This document shows, in pieces, positions 37,481 through 46,011 of a DNA stretch of 64,000 nucleotides; position 1 is the first letter of the stretch, and each line of letters starts with the position of its first letter. The notes under the pieces were generated by a model. The model was not told where the DNA came from. It worked only from the letters and a program-made list of their open reading frames with translations, and ran no database searches. Made by a program: the position numbers and the translations under genes. Source of the DNA: an uncultured Gammaproteobacteria bacterium (lineage in GTDB: Bacteria; Patescibacteriota; Microgenomatia; Levybacterales; UBA12049); contig CAZWMJ010000001.1 in the NCBI GenBank assembly GCA_964635045.1, positions 21,234-85,233 of the forward strand. Reading direction: 5' to 3'.

Positions 37481-38032
37481 ATGTCAAAAATTGGAAAATT
37501 ACCGGTTACAATTGAAGAAGGAGTATCGGTCGCGATTGCCGACAAAAAAATTAATGTTAGCGGTCCGAAAGGCGCACTTTTTCAGATTATTCCTGAGGGG
37601 ATTGAAGTCAAAGTATCTTTGAATAAAGTTGTTGTTTCTCAAAAATCCAGTAAAGAGAATAATATGCGTTCTCTTTTTGGTTTGGTAAGAGCGGAAATTG
37701 CCAATATGATTAAGGGTGTTAAAGATGGATTTGAAAAAAAATTGGAGCTTTCTGGAGTCGGATATAGGGCTTCTGTAACCGATGAAGGTTTGACTTTATC
37801 GGTTGGATTTTCTCATACTGTAAAAATAGCGGCTCCATTAGGAATTACCTTTAATGTGGTGGAAAATATTATTACGGTTTTAGGCATTGATAAGTCTTTG
37901 GTTGGTGAAACAGCGGCAAAAATAAGAGCTATTCGCCCCCCCGAGCCGTACAAAGGTAAGGGTATTTCCTATCAGGGCGAGAAGATACGAAGGAAAGCGG
38001 GAAAAGCTGCAAAAGCGATTGGAGTAAAATGA
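37481..38032 (+). CDS. rplF: 50S ribosomal protein L6
   Basis: MSKIGKLPVTIEEGV...LSGVGYRA...PPEPYKGKGI. Confidence 0.97.
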   Translation: MSKIGKLPVTIEEGVSVAIADKKINVSGPKGALFQIIPEGIEVKVSLNKVVVSQKSSKENNMRSLFGLVRAEIANMIKGVKDGFEKKLELSGVGYRASVTDEGLTLSVGFSHTVKIAAPLGITFNVVENIITVLGIDKSLVGETAAKIRAIRPPEPYKGKGISYQGEKIRRKAGKAAKAIGVK

Positions 38033-38388
38033 TAGAAAAATTTAAAAAACAGCGGAAAAGAAAATTAAGAACAAGAAGTAAAATTATGGGTACGGAAAAA
38101 AGACCCAGACTGTCCGTTTTTAGATCTAATCAATATATTTATGCCCAGATTATTGACGATGAAAAGCAAAAAACAATTTTAGGAGTTTCTGATAAAATGC
38201 TTTTGAAAGAAGAAAAGAATGGAAATGAATCAAAAATAAATAGAGCAAAAAAGGTTGGTGTTTTATTAGCAAAGAAGGCTTTAGCTAAAAAAATTAAAAA
38301 GATCGTTTTTGACAGAGGAAGTTATGCTTATTACGGCCGCATCAAGGCCTTAGCAGAGGGAGCAAGAGAAGGAGGATTAGTTTTTTAA
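38029..38388 (+). CDS. rplR: 50S ribosomal protein L18
   Basis: RPRLSVFRSNQYIYAQIIDD...FDRGSYAYYGRIKALAEGAREGGL. Confidence 0.96.
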   Translation: MIEKFKKQRKRKLRTRSKIMGTEKRPRLSVFRSNQYIYAQIIDDEKQKTILGVSDKMLLKEEKNGNESKINRAKKVGVLLAKKALAKKIKKIVFDRGSYAYYGRIKALAEGAREGGLVF

Positions 38389-38841
38389 ATGGAAAAAGAA
38401 TTTGAAGAAAAAATTGTTCAGGTAAATCGAGTTTCCAAAAAAACAAAAGGAGGAAACAAGATTGGTTTTTCCGTTCTTGCCGTTGTGGGAGACAGAAAAG
38501 GAAGGGTGGGAGTTGGTTTAGGTAAAGCGGCCGATGTGTCCTCAGCAATAAAAAAGGGAGTATCTGTGGCAAAAAAACATTTTATAAAAGTTCCCATTAT
38601 TCGAGGAACAATCCCTTTTGCGGTTACTGTAAAACTGGGTGCGGCTAAGGTATTGTTAAAGCCCGCTCCAATTGGCAGCGGAGTTATCGCCGGAGGAGCA
38701 GTGAGAAGTGTGGTGGAAGCGGCGGGAATTCAGAATATTTCTTCCAAGGTCTTAGGAACCAAAAATCAGGCGTCAAATGTTTACGCCACAATAAAAGCTT
38801 TAAATAGTTTGGCAGAAAGATATAATGATATTAAAAAATAA
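38389..38841 (+). CDS. rpsE: 30S ribosomal protein S5
   Basis: VQVNRVSKKTKGGNKIGFSVLAVVGDRKGRVGVGLGKA...AGGAVRSVVEAAGI. Confidence 0.97.
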   Translation: MEKEFEEKIVQVNRVSKKTKGGNKIGFSVLAVVGDRKGRVGVGLGKAADVSSAIKKGVSVAKKHFIKVPIIRGTIPFAVTVKLGAAKVLLKPAPIGSGVIAGGAVRSVVEAAGIQNISSKVLGTKNQASNVYATIKALNSLAERYNDIKK

Positions 38842-38844
38842 TAT

Positions 38845-39291
38845 ATGAATCTTAAATCTTTACCTAAAACTGTAAAATTAAAAAAGAGACGTTTGGGTTT
38901 GGGACATGGCAGCGGACGCGGTAAGACTTCGGGAAGAGGAACGAAAGGACAGAAAGCAAGAGGGAAAATACCGCTATATTTTGAAGGAGGATCGATTGCT
39001 CTTATTAAACGTCTTCCTTTTCGGCGGGGAAAAGGGAAAAATAAAGTATTTAAGAAAAAACCGGTCGTTATAAATGTGAAAGCCTTAAATAATCTTAAAA
39101 AAGGATCCATAGTTGACAGGGATTCATTAATAGAAAACCATTTGATAGATAAAGATGATGTTGAAAAATACGGAGTAAAGATTCTTGGTGATGGCGATAT
39201 TACTGTTTCGTTAACTGTTAAGGTGCCAATTTCCAAAACGGCAGCCAAGAAAATCGAGAAGGCCGGAGGAAAAGTTGAATGGACTTTTTAG
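38845..39291 (+). CDS. rplO: 50S ribosomal protein L15
   Basis: [25 protein letters not shown]. Starts 3 nt after rpsE, with no rpmD between them. Confidence 0.96.
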   Translation: MNLKSLPKTVKLKKRRLGLGHGSGRGKTSGRGTKGQKARGKIPLYFEGGSIALIKRLPFRRGKGKNKVFKKKPVVINVKALNNLKKGSIVDRDSLIENHLIDKDDVEKYGVKILGDGDITVSLTVKVPISKTAAKKIEKAGGKVEWTF

Positions 39292-40562
39292 CAATTTTTA
39301 GAAATGCCATTAAAACGCCGGAAGTAAGACGAAAGCTTATCTTTACGGCTTTGATTTTCTTGGTGTTTAGAATTTTTGCTCATATTCCAGTTTCAGGTGT
39401 CAATATTGCCAGTCTTAAAGCCTTATTTTCTCAAAATCAGTTTTTAGGACTGTTGGATATGTTTTCGGGGGGGACGCTGGCAAATTTTTCGGTGATGGCG
39501 TTGGGTCTTAATCCCTACATTAATGCCTCAATTATTTTACAGCTTTTGACCATGGTTTTTCCAAAACTGGAGGCGCTTTCAAAAGAAGGAGAAAGTGGGC
39601 GCCAAAAAATAAATCAGTATACAAGAATGCTGACGGTTCCGCTTGCTTCTTTACAGGCTTTTGGCATGTATTCTCTTTTACGCAGCCAAAATATTATTAG
39701 CAATTTAAATCCAATTAATCTGATCGTTCTGGTGGTTACCATGACTGCGGGAACAATGCTTTTGGTTTGGTTGGGAGAGCTTATCTCGGAAAAAGGAGTT
39801 GGCAACGGAATTTCACTGCTTATTTTTGCCGGTATTGTGGGAAGAATACCGGTTATTTTTACACAAACTGCATCAACGGTTAGCTCGGAAAACAGCATGA
39901 ATATTATTATATTTCTTGCTATGGGTATTATTGTTATTGCATCGATTGTTATTATGAACGAAGCGGTAAGGAAGCTTTCGGTTTATTATGCCAAAAGAGT
40001 CAGAGGAAATAAAATATACGGAGGGCAGACAACCCATTTGCCGCTCAGGCTTAATCAGGCGGGAGTAATTCCCATTATTTTCGCGGTTTCTCTGGTGCTT
40101 ATGCCTTCTCTTATCGCAAATTATTTAACTGTTGCCAAAAATCAGATTCTTCACAATGTAGCTGTTGCTATCACAGCGCTTTTTAATCCGGAAGGGATTT
40201 TCTATAATGCCTTTTATTTCCTTCTGGTTGTTGGTTTTACCTATTTTTATACGGCAGTGATTTTTAATCCCAAAAAAATTGCTGAGGAGATACAGAAATA
40301 TGGAGGATTTATTCCCGGTATTAGGCCGGGAACTCCGACCGCTCAATTCTTAAATTATATTCTTACTCGAATCACACTTGCCGGAGCGACGTTTTTAGGC
40401 ATCATTGCCATTTTCCCAAATATTGCCCGGGCCGCCACTAATGTTCAGACTCTCCTTTTGGGAGGAACAGGAATTTTGATCGTTGTATCGGTAGTTTTAG
40501 AGACAGTGAAGGCAATCGAAGCGCAGTTGGTCATGAGAAATTATGACAAATTTGTAAAATAA
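39279..40562 (+). CDS. secY: preprotein translocase subunit SecY
   Basis: 427 aa, polytopic. [29 protein letters not shown] and [12 protein letters not shown] blocks. Confidence 0.97.
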   Translation: MDFLAIFRNAIKTPEVRRKLIFTALIFLVFRIFAHIPVSGVNIASLKALFSQNQFLGLLDMFSGGTLANFSVMALGLNPYINASIILQLLTMVFPKLEALSKEGESGRQKINQYTRMLTVPLASLQAFGMYSLLRSQNIISNLNPINLIVLVVTMTAGTMLLVWLGELISEKGVGNGISLLIFAGIVGRIPVIFTQTASTVSSENSMNIIIFLAMGIIVIASIVIMNEAVRKLSVYYAKRVRGNKIYGGQTTHLPLRLNQAGVIPIIFAVSLVLMPSLIANYLTVAKNQILHNVAVAITALFNPEGIFYNAFYFLLVVGFTYFYTAVIFNPKKIAEEIQKYGGFIPGIRPGTPTAQFLNYILTRITLAGATFLGIIAIFPNIARAATNVQTLLLGGTGILIVVSVVLETVKAIEAQLVMRNYDKFVK

Positions 40563-40566
40563 AGTT

Positions 40567-41121
40567 ATGAAGATAATAATTATTGGTATTCAAGGATCGG
40601 GTAAGTCAACACAAGGGAGCATGCTTTCAGAGAAACTTAATATTCCTTATCTTTCAACGGGACATATGTTTAGAGTTTTGGCGAAAGAGAAAACAAAACT
40701 TGGTCTTTATATTAAGCAAGTAATGAACGCAGGATATCTTATTCCGGATAAAAAAACCATAGAGATAGTTGACGGATATTTGAAACGGCCGGAATATGTC
40801 AAAAAAGGATATATTCTTGATGGATTTCCGCGAACGATTATTCAAGCAAAAAGTTTTTCCCAAGATGTTGATTATGTAATTTATCTTAAGGTTTCAGATA
40901 AAGAGGCTCTATTTAGAATTGCCCATAGAAAGGGAGAAGCCCGGCAAGATGAAACTGAAGAGGCGATTAAAAAAAGAATAGAATCTTTCCATAAATTCAC
41001 TAAGCCCGTTTTGGATTTTTATCGGCAGAAAAATCTTTTGATAGAAGTTGATGGAGAAAAGACAATAGAAGAAATACATAGAGATATTTTTGGCAGAATA
41101 CAACAATCAAATGTCAAGTAA
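40567..41121 (+). CDS. adk: adenylate kinase (short-lid type)
   Basis: P-loop GIQGSGKSTQG, then GYLIPD and ILDGFPRT. Confidence 0.92.
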   Translation: MKIIIIGIQGSGKSTQGSMLSEKLNIPYLSTGHMFRVLAKEKTKLGLYIKQVMNAGYLIPDKKTIEIVDGYLKRPEYVKKGYILDGFPRTIIQAKSFSQDVDYVIYLKVSDKEALFRIAHRKGEARQDETEEAIKKRIESFHKFTKPVLDFYRQKNLLIEVDGEKTIEEIHRDIFGRIQQSNVK

Positions 41122-41668
41122 AACTATTTTGGCGCTGGTAGGCATGCCGGGAGCCGGAAAAAGCGAAATTACAAATGTGTTTCGAAGTCATGGTTTTGCA
41201 GTTGTTCGGTTTGGCGATCAGACAGATAAAGGACTCAAAGAGAAAGAATTGCCGATTACGGAAGAGAACGAACGGGAATATCGTGAAAAGTTGCGCAGCG
41301 AATTTGGCATGGCGGTATATGCGATAAAAGCAGAGCCAAAAATTACTGCTTTGCTAAGAGAGCAAAATGTAGTTATTTTAGACGGTCTTTATAGTTGGGA
41401 AGAATATGTATATTTAAGCCAGCGCTTTGCAAATCTTATTCTTATCTGCGTTTTTGCCAATTCTTCTATACGGTACCTTCGATTGGCCAAGCGGGCAGTC
41501 AGACCCTTAGTTTTGGAAGAGGCTAGAAAACGAGATATGGAAGAAATTGAAAAGCTTAATAAAGGCGGACCAATTGCTGCGGCAGACTATTTTATTGAAA
41601 ATAATGGGACGATGGCTGAATTAAAACAAAAAGTAGAAGCACTTTTACAACAGCTTGGTATTGTTTAA
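41111..41668 (+). CDS. P-loop nucleotide/nucleoside kinase-like protein (dephospho-CoA-kinase/UPF0200-like)
   Basis: The ATG at 41111 is preferred, overlapping the adk stop by 11 nt. Walker A LVGMPGAGKSE. About 185 aa. Exact family not resolved by eye. Confidence 0.5.
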   Translation: MSSKTILALVGMPGAGKSEITNVFRSHGFAVVRFGDQTDKGLKEKELPITEENEREYREKLRSEFGMAVYAIKAEPKITALLREQNVVILDGLYSWEEYVYLSQRFANLILICVFANSSIRYLRLAKRAVRPLVLEEARKRDMEEIEKLNKGGPIAAADYFIENNGTMAELKQKVEALLQQLGIV

Positions 41669-42437
41669 GCATATGGTAAAAAAGAAAACAAAAGAAGAAA
41701 TCGCAATTATGCGCCAGGGTGGAAAAATTTTGGCAGAGACCCTTTGGGAAGTAATGCGCGCTATAAAGCCCGGAATAAGTGAAATCGAACTTGATAAGCT
41801 GGCCGAAAAAATAATTTTGCAAAAAGGCGGTCAGCCTGGATTTAAACGGGTAAAAGGATACCGTCATACAATTTGTGTTTCCACAAATGATGTGGTAGTG
41901 CATGGAATTCCAACCAATTACCGTTTTAAGGAAGGAGACGTGGTTGGTATTGATTGCGGAGTATTTTACAAAGGGTTTAATACCGATATGGCAGAGACAA
42001 TACAAGTTCAAAGTTCAAAGTTCAAAGTTCAAAGTAAAGAGACGAGAAAATTTTTGGAGACGGGGAAAAGGGCGCTTGAGGAGGCAATTAAAGCGGCGAT
42101 CATTGATAATCGCATCGGTCATATTTCCAAAACGATTCAGGACATTGTTGAGAGACAGGGAGGATATAGTATTGTTCGAACACTGGTTGGACACGGAGTG
42201 GGGAAAAGTTTACATGAACAGCCTGAGGTGCCGGGATTTCTTGATGTTCCAATCTCAGAAACGCCGCTTCTTGAAGAAGGTTTGACAATTGCCATTGAGG
42301 TGATTTATAACATGGGTAGCAAAGAGGTGGTGTTGAATAGTGACGGTTGGACAATTAAGACGAAAGACGAAAGTACGGCGGGGCTTTTTGAGCGGACAGT
42401 GGCAATTACAAAAGAAGGCACATTAATCCTAACTTAA
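41655..42437 (+). CDS. map: type I methionine aminopeptidase
   Basis: VCVSTNDVVVHGIP, GDVVGIDCG, LVGHGVG and TIAIEV metal-ligand blocks. Contains the heptamer-repeat-encoded insert VQSSKFKVQS. Confidence 0.95.
   Translation: MVLFKHMVKKKTKEEIAIMRQGGKILAETLWEVMRAIKPGISEIELDKLAEKIILQKGGQPGFKRVKGYRHTICVSTNDVVVHGIPTNYRFKEGDVVGIDCGVFYKGFNTDMAETIQVQSSKFKVQSKETRKFLETGKRALEEAIKAAIIDNRIGHISKTIQDIVERQGGYSIVRTLVGHGVGKSLHEQPEVPGFLDVPISETPLLEEGLTIAIEVIYNMGSKEVVLNSDGWTIKTKDESTAGLFERTVAITKEGTLILT
42003..42036 (+). repeat. heptanucleotide tandem array (CAAAGTT)n, about 4.9 copies, inside map
   Basis: CAAGTT CAAAGTT CAAAGTT CAAAGTT CAAAGTA read directly from the sequence. The period is 7 nt within a coding frame. 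Confidence 0.95.
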
Positions 42438-42444
42438 GTGACTA

Positions 42445-42473
42445 TTGCTCTCTTAAAGCTAGTTTGATATAAT
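42445..42473 (+). promoter_or_regulatory. promoter TTGCTC-17-TATAAT (TGA-extended -10) upstream of infA
   Basis: TTGCTC at 42445-42450, a 17-nt spacer ending in TGA, TATAAT at 42468-42473. Confidence 0.55.
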
Positions 42474-42484
42474 GTTTAAGCTCA

Positions 42485-42511
42485 AAACTCAGGATTTGTG
42501 AGTTTATTTTT
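42485..42511 (+). promoter_or_regulatory. leader hairpin plus U-tract abutting the infA start codon
   Basis: AAACTCA-GGATTTG-TGAGTTT followed by ATTTTT, then ATG at 42512. No SD sequence. Confidence 0.5.
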
Positions 42512-42730
42512 ATGGCTCATCAGGGATCTTTTGAGGTAGAAGGAGTTGTTAAAGAGTCTCTGCCAAATACTCTATTTAGAGTAGAGATAACAGATGGCGG
42601 TATTGTACTTTGTCACTTATCCGGCAAAATGAGGATGAATTTTATCAAAATTTTGCCGGGAGATAAGGTACGTCTGGAGATGACCCAGTATGATAAAACA
42701 AAGGGAAGAATAGTTTATAGATATAAGTGA
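42512..42730 (+). CDS. infA: translation initiation factor IF-1
   Basis: 72 aa reading [20 protein letters not shown]...[37 protein letters not shown]. Confidence 0.97.
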   Translation: MAHQGSFEVEGVVKESLPNTLFRVEITDGGIVLCHLSGKMRMNFIKILPGDKVRLEMTQYDKTKGRIVYRYK

Positions 42731-42742
42731 TTAAAATAAATT

Positions 42743-42856
42743 ATGAAAGTTGCAGCCAGTGTTAAGCCAAGATGCGTAAAATGTAAGATTATTAGGAGAC
42801 GGGGAGTTGTTAGAGTGGTGTGCGATAATCCAAGACACAAACAAAGACAAGGCTAA
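42743..42856 (+). CDS. rpmJ: 50S ribosomal protein L36
   Basis: 37-codon ORF below the track threshold, reading [37 protein letters not shown]. Confidence 0.93.
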   Translation: MKVAASVKPRCVKCKIIRRRGVVRVVCDNPRHKQRQG

Positions 42857-42860
42857 TATG

Positions 42861-42959
42861 AATACTACAAATACTACCAATATCAAATACTACAAATATT
42901 TCAATATGCTTAATTCCGTTATTGGTAGTATTGGTATGTATTGGTAGTATTGGATTATT
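42861..42959. repeat. long imperfect palindrome built from short repeated words (AATACTAC / ATTGGTAGT)
   Basis: The left arm at 42861-42899 is (AATACTACN)n. The right arm at 42919-42959 is (ATTGGTAGT)n, about 80 percent complementary. The loop reads TCAATATGCTTAATTCCG. Lies between rpmJ and rpsM. Confidence 0.8.
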
Positions 42960-42978
42960 ACCAAACGAAGTGAGGTCT

Positions 42979-43452
42979 ATGAGGATTGCAGGTGTAAATA
43001 TACCGGATGATAAAAAAGTAGAGTTTTCTCTTGCTTATATTTATGGTATAGGGAAAAATAATGTACGCGATGTGTTAAAAAAGGCATCTATTGATGGAGC
43101 GATAAGAGTTACAAAATTGTCTGAAGATGAGCAGAAAAGGATTCAAAAAGCATTGGAGGAGTATAAATTGGAAGGTGATTTACGAGCAGAGATTACTTCC
43201 AATATTAAAAGACTGCGAGAAATTGGCAGCTATAGAGGCATAAGACATGTTAAAAATTTGCCTGTTCGAGGACAGAGAACTCGTTCTAACGCCAGGACGA
43301 AACGAGGTAAAAGAGTGACTATTGGCGCAATTAAGAAAGAGGTGGCGCAGAAAATGGGAATTATTGCGAAAGATGCACCAGCCAAAGCCACGTCTGAGGC
43401 GGCCAAAGAAGTTCAAGTAAAGCCGGCCACAGCGCCGCCGGCAAAGAAATAA
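42979..43452 (+). CDS. rpsM: 30S ribosomal protein S13 (Ala/Lys-rich C-terminal tail)
   Basis: MRIAGVNIPDDKKVEFSLAYIYGIG from the ATG at 42979, behind GTGAGG. The track start at 42922 lies inside the palindrome. Confidence 0.96.
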   Translation: MRIAGVNIPDDKKVEFSLAYIYGIGKNNVRDVLKKASIDGAIRVTKLSEDEQKRIQKALEEYKLEGDLRAEITSNIKRLREIGSYRGIRHVKNLPVRGQRTRSNARTKRGKRVTIGAIKKEVAQKMGIIAKDAPAKATSEAAKEVQVKPATAPPAKK

Positions 43453-43455
43453 TCT

Positions 43456-43851
43456 ATGAAAGAAAAAAAACAGGAAGTAAAAACAAAGCGAAAACAAAAA
43501 ACCATCTCTCAAAATGGTAAAGTTTATATTACTTCTACATTTAATAATACTATAGTTACTATTACTAACGACAAAGGGGAAACAGTTGCCTGGAGTTCCG
43601 CAGGAGCTCGCGGATTTAAAGGAACTCGCAAATCAACGCCTTACGCGGCCACGCTGGCTATGGATGACACGGCAAAAAAAGCGCTGTCAATGGGTATAAA
43701 AACGGTTGAGGTGTATGTAAAAGGTCCGGGAGTGGGTAGAGATTCGGCTCTTAGAGCCATTAAAACAGCCGGACTTTCTATTTCTTTAATTGCGGATATA
43801 ACACCAATTCCCCATAATGGCCCAAGACCGGAAAAAAGGAGAAGAGTATAA
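43456..43851 (+). CDS. rpsK: 30S ribosomal protein S11
   Basis: [43 protein letters not shown]. Confidence 0.97.
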   Translation: MKEKKQEVKTKRKQKTISQNGKVYITSTFNNTIVTITNDKGETVAWSSAGARGFKGTRKSTPYAATLAMDDTAKKALSMGIKTVEVYVKGPGVGRDSALRAIKTAGLSISLIADITPIPHNGPRPEKRRRV

Positions 43852-43852
43852 A

Positions 43853-44470
43853 ATGGCAAGATATACCGGTCCAAAACATAAATTAGCAAGACGAGAAGGG
43901 GTGAATATTTTAGATAAAACTTCTGCGTCGCTTACCAGAAGACTTAATATTCGTCCCGGTGTTCATGGGAAAAAAATCAGAAGGCGTCTTTCAGAATTTG
44001 GTCAACAACTTCGAGAAAAACAAAAACTTAAGGCAGTATATGGTCTTTTGGAGAAAAATCTTGTCCGTTTAATCAAAACAATACAAAAATCTAAAAAAGC
44101 CGGGAAAAAAGGAGAAATGCAAGAAATGCTTATTTCTACTTTGGAAGTAAGACTTGATAATATTGTATTTCGTCTCGGATTTGCTAAAACCAGAGCTCAA
44201 GCGCGCCAACTTGTTACTCACGGTCATATTACTGTCAACGATAAGAGAGTAAATATCCCGTCATATCAAGTCAAAATAGATGATGTGGTGACACTTTCTG
44301 TCAAAATTCAAAATAATCCTGTTGTCGTAGAACTCCTTAAAGAGAAGGAAAATATCCTGCCTTTCCTTAAACGTATGGGTACGTCGGGGAAATTATTACG
44401 GCTGCCAACGCGTGAGGATTTGGTGGTTCCTTTCAATACGCAACTGATTGTTGAATATTATTCTCGCTAG
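43853..44470 (+). CDS. rpsD: 30S ribosomal protein S4
   Basis: MARYTGPKHKLARREG from the ATG at 43853. S4 RNA-binding domain RLDNIVFRLGFAKTRAQARQLVTHGHITVN. Confidence 0.97.
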   Translation: MARYTGPKHKLARREGVNILDKTSASLTRRLNIRPGVHGKKIRRRLSEFGQQLREKQKLKAVYGLLEKNLVRLIKTIQKSKKAGKKGEMQEMLISTLEVRLDNIVFRLGFAKTRAQARQLVTHGHITVNDKRVNIPSYQVKIDDVVTLSVKIQNNPVVVELLKEKENILPFLKRMGTSGKLLRLPTREDLVVPFNTQLIVEYYSR

Positions 44471-44494
44471 TGGTAAAATACAAAAATATCTTTT

Positions 44495-45418
44495 ATGAAA
44501 GAACCAATTTTTAAGATTAAGGAAGAGAAAGCAAAAGAAGATTTTGCGCAGTTTGTTATTGAACCGCTGGAAACAGGTTTTGGCAATACACTGGGAAATG
44601 CTTTAAGAAGAGTGCTTCTTACTTCAATTCCCGGAGCGGCTGTAACATCGGTGAAAATTGCCGGAGTGAAACATAGATTTTCTACGATTGCGGGGCTTAA
44701 AGAAAACGTGGTAGATTTACTCCTTAATATTAAGATGCTCAATTTCCGTCTTTTAGACGGTAAAGCCAGCGCTACCGTTACCCTTTCCGTAAAAGGACCA
44801 AAAGAAATAAAAGCCTCAGATCTTGAATTATCGGATGGGGTTGAAATTGTCAATGAGGATTGTTACATAGGTTCTCTTTCGGATAAGAAATCAAAGCTTG
44901 AAATAGAGATGACGGTTGAGAAAGGATTTGGTTACTCTTTAAGTGAAGAGCAAAAAATCAGCACATTAGGCGTTATTCCAACAGATGCTATATTTACTCC
45001 CGTTAGACGCGTTAATTACGAGGTTTCGGCAACACGGGTGGGAAGACAGACTAATTTAGACAGATTGGTTTTGAGAGTTTGGACAAACGGCGCTGTAGCG
45101 CCAAGAGAAGCGTTGGAGGAGGCGTCAAAGATTTTAACTTCTTATTTTCTTCAAATCTATGAACCAAAAGCTCATTCGGCAACAGAGGGCGTGGCTATCA
45201 GTCCATCTCTGTCGGAAGACGTACTCAAACTAACTATTGATGAACTTGATCTTCCCACCCGCATTTATAATTCTTTGCGAAATGGCGGAATAGAGACATT
45301 GGGTCAGCTGTTGGGAACACCCAAAAAAGATTTGATGTCCATGCGCAATATGGGAGGTAAATCAATTACAGTTATTGAGGATAAACTTAGAGAAAAAGGA
45401 ATATCGTTAACGGTTTAA
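44495..45418 (+). CDS. rpoA: DNA-directed RNA polymerase subunit alpha
   Basis: FVIEPLETGFGNTLGNALRRVLLTSIPGAAVTSVKI and the C-terminal domain LDLPTRIYNSLRNGGIETLGQL. Confidence 0.97.
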   Translation: MKEPIFKIKEEKAKEDFAQFVIEPLETGFGNTLGNALRRVLLTSIPGAAVTSVKIAGVKHRFSTIAGLKENVVDLLLNIKMLNFRLLDGKASATVTLSVKGPKEIKASDLELSDGVEIVNEDCYIGSLSDKKSKLEIEMTVEKGFGYSLSEEQKISTLGVIPTDAIFTPVRRVNYEVSATRVGRQTNLDRLVLRVWTNGAVAPREALEEASKILTSYFLQIYEPKAHSATEGVAISPSLSEDVLKLTIDELDLPTRIYNSLRNGGIETLGQLLGTPKKDLMSMRNMGGKSITVIEDKLREKGISLTV

Positions 45419-45490
45419 TACGAATTTACACGAATACTCAGTTATTCGAATCGATTCGAATATCAAAATTCGGATGAATTCGTATTTTTA
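45417..45490 (+). terminator. long imperfect palindrome of CGAAT words with a trailing T-tract (probable terminator/attenuator after rpoA)
   Basis: The arms AATACGAATT...ATTCGAATC and GATTCGAAT...AATTCGTATT are centred on a perfect 18-nt palindrome at 45444-45461, followed by TTTTT. rplQ ATG is at 45493. Confidence 0.6.
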
Positions 45491-45492
45491 AT

Positions 45493-46011
45493 ATGAAGAA
45501 GAATGTTTTTGGAAGAAGATTAAAAAGAGATACAAATGAAAGAAAGGCTCTCTTTAAGGGTTTGCTTTCTTCATTGGTTTTACAAGGAAGAATAAAAACT
45601 ACTCAAGAAAAGGCAAAGTCTATCAAAGGGCAAGCGGATAAACTTATCGCAATTGCCTTAAAAGGCGAGGCAATTGCTGATAGTTATTTACAGCGCTATC
45701 TTATCCCTAATGCCATAAAAAAAATAGTCCGCCAAATCGCTCCTCGTTTTAAGAAAAGAGGCGGAGGATATACCAGAATTATAAAGCTTGGCAATAGGCA
45801 AACAGACAGCGCTTCTATGGTTTTAATGGAGTGGGTTGAGGGCGAGACGGTAGTTGAAGATGTAAAAAAGGAAGAAAGTTTGCAATTGAAGAAAGGAAAG
45901 AAAACTAAGATAAAAGTTAAAACCAAGTCAGACTTGGTCAAAAAACCAACTCAGAAACTTATAAAACCGGTTAGAAAAACAGCATCTAAAAAGAAAGAGG
46001 TTAAAAAGTAA
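45493..46011 (+). CDS. rplQ: 50S ribosomal protein L17 (Lys-rich C-terminal extension)
   Basis: FGRRLKRDTNERKALFKGLLSSLVLQGRIKTT...GGYTRIIKLGNRQTD. Confidence 0.95.
   Translation: MKKNVFGRRLKRDTNERKALFKGLLSSLVLQGRIKTTQEKAKSIKGQADKLIAIALKGEAIADSYLQRYLIPNAIKKIVRQIAPRFKKRGGGYTRIIKLGNRQTDSASMVLMEWVEGETVVEDVKKEESLQLKKGKKTKIKVKTKSDLVKKPTQKLIKPVRKTASKKKEVKK

Noticed and set aside
38781-39248. 155-aa reverse-strand ORF over rplO
   Set aside because: It is entirely antisense to the clearly conserved L15 gene, so it is a shadow ORF.
42003-42036. CRISPR array (this array and the other short tandem repeats)
   Set aside because: The units are 7-9 nt and directly abutting, with no spacers. No 25-40-nt repeat/spacer periodicity or cas genes occur anywhere in the window.
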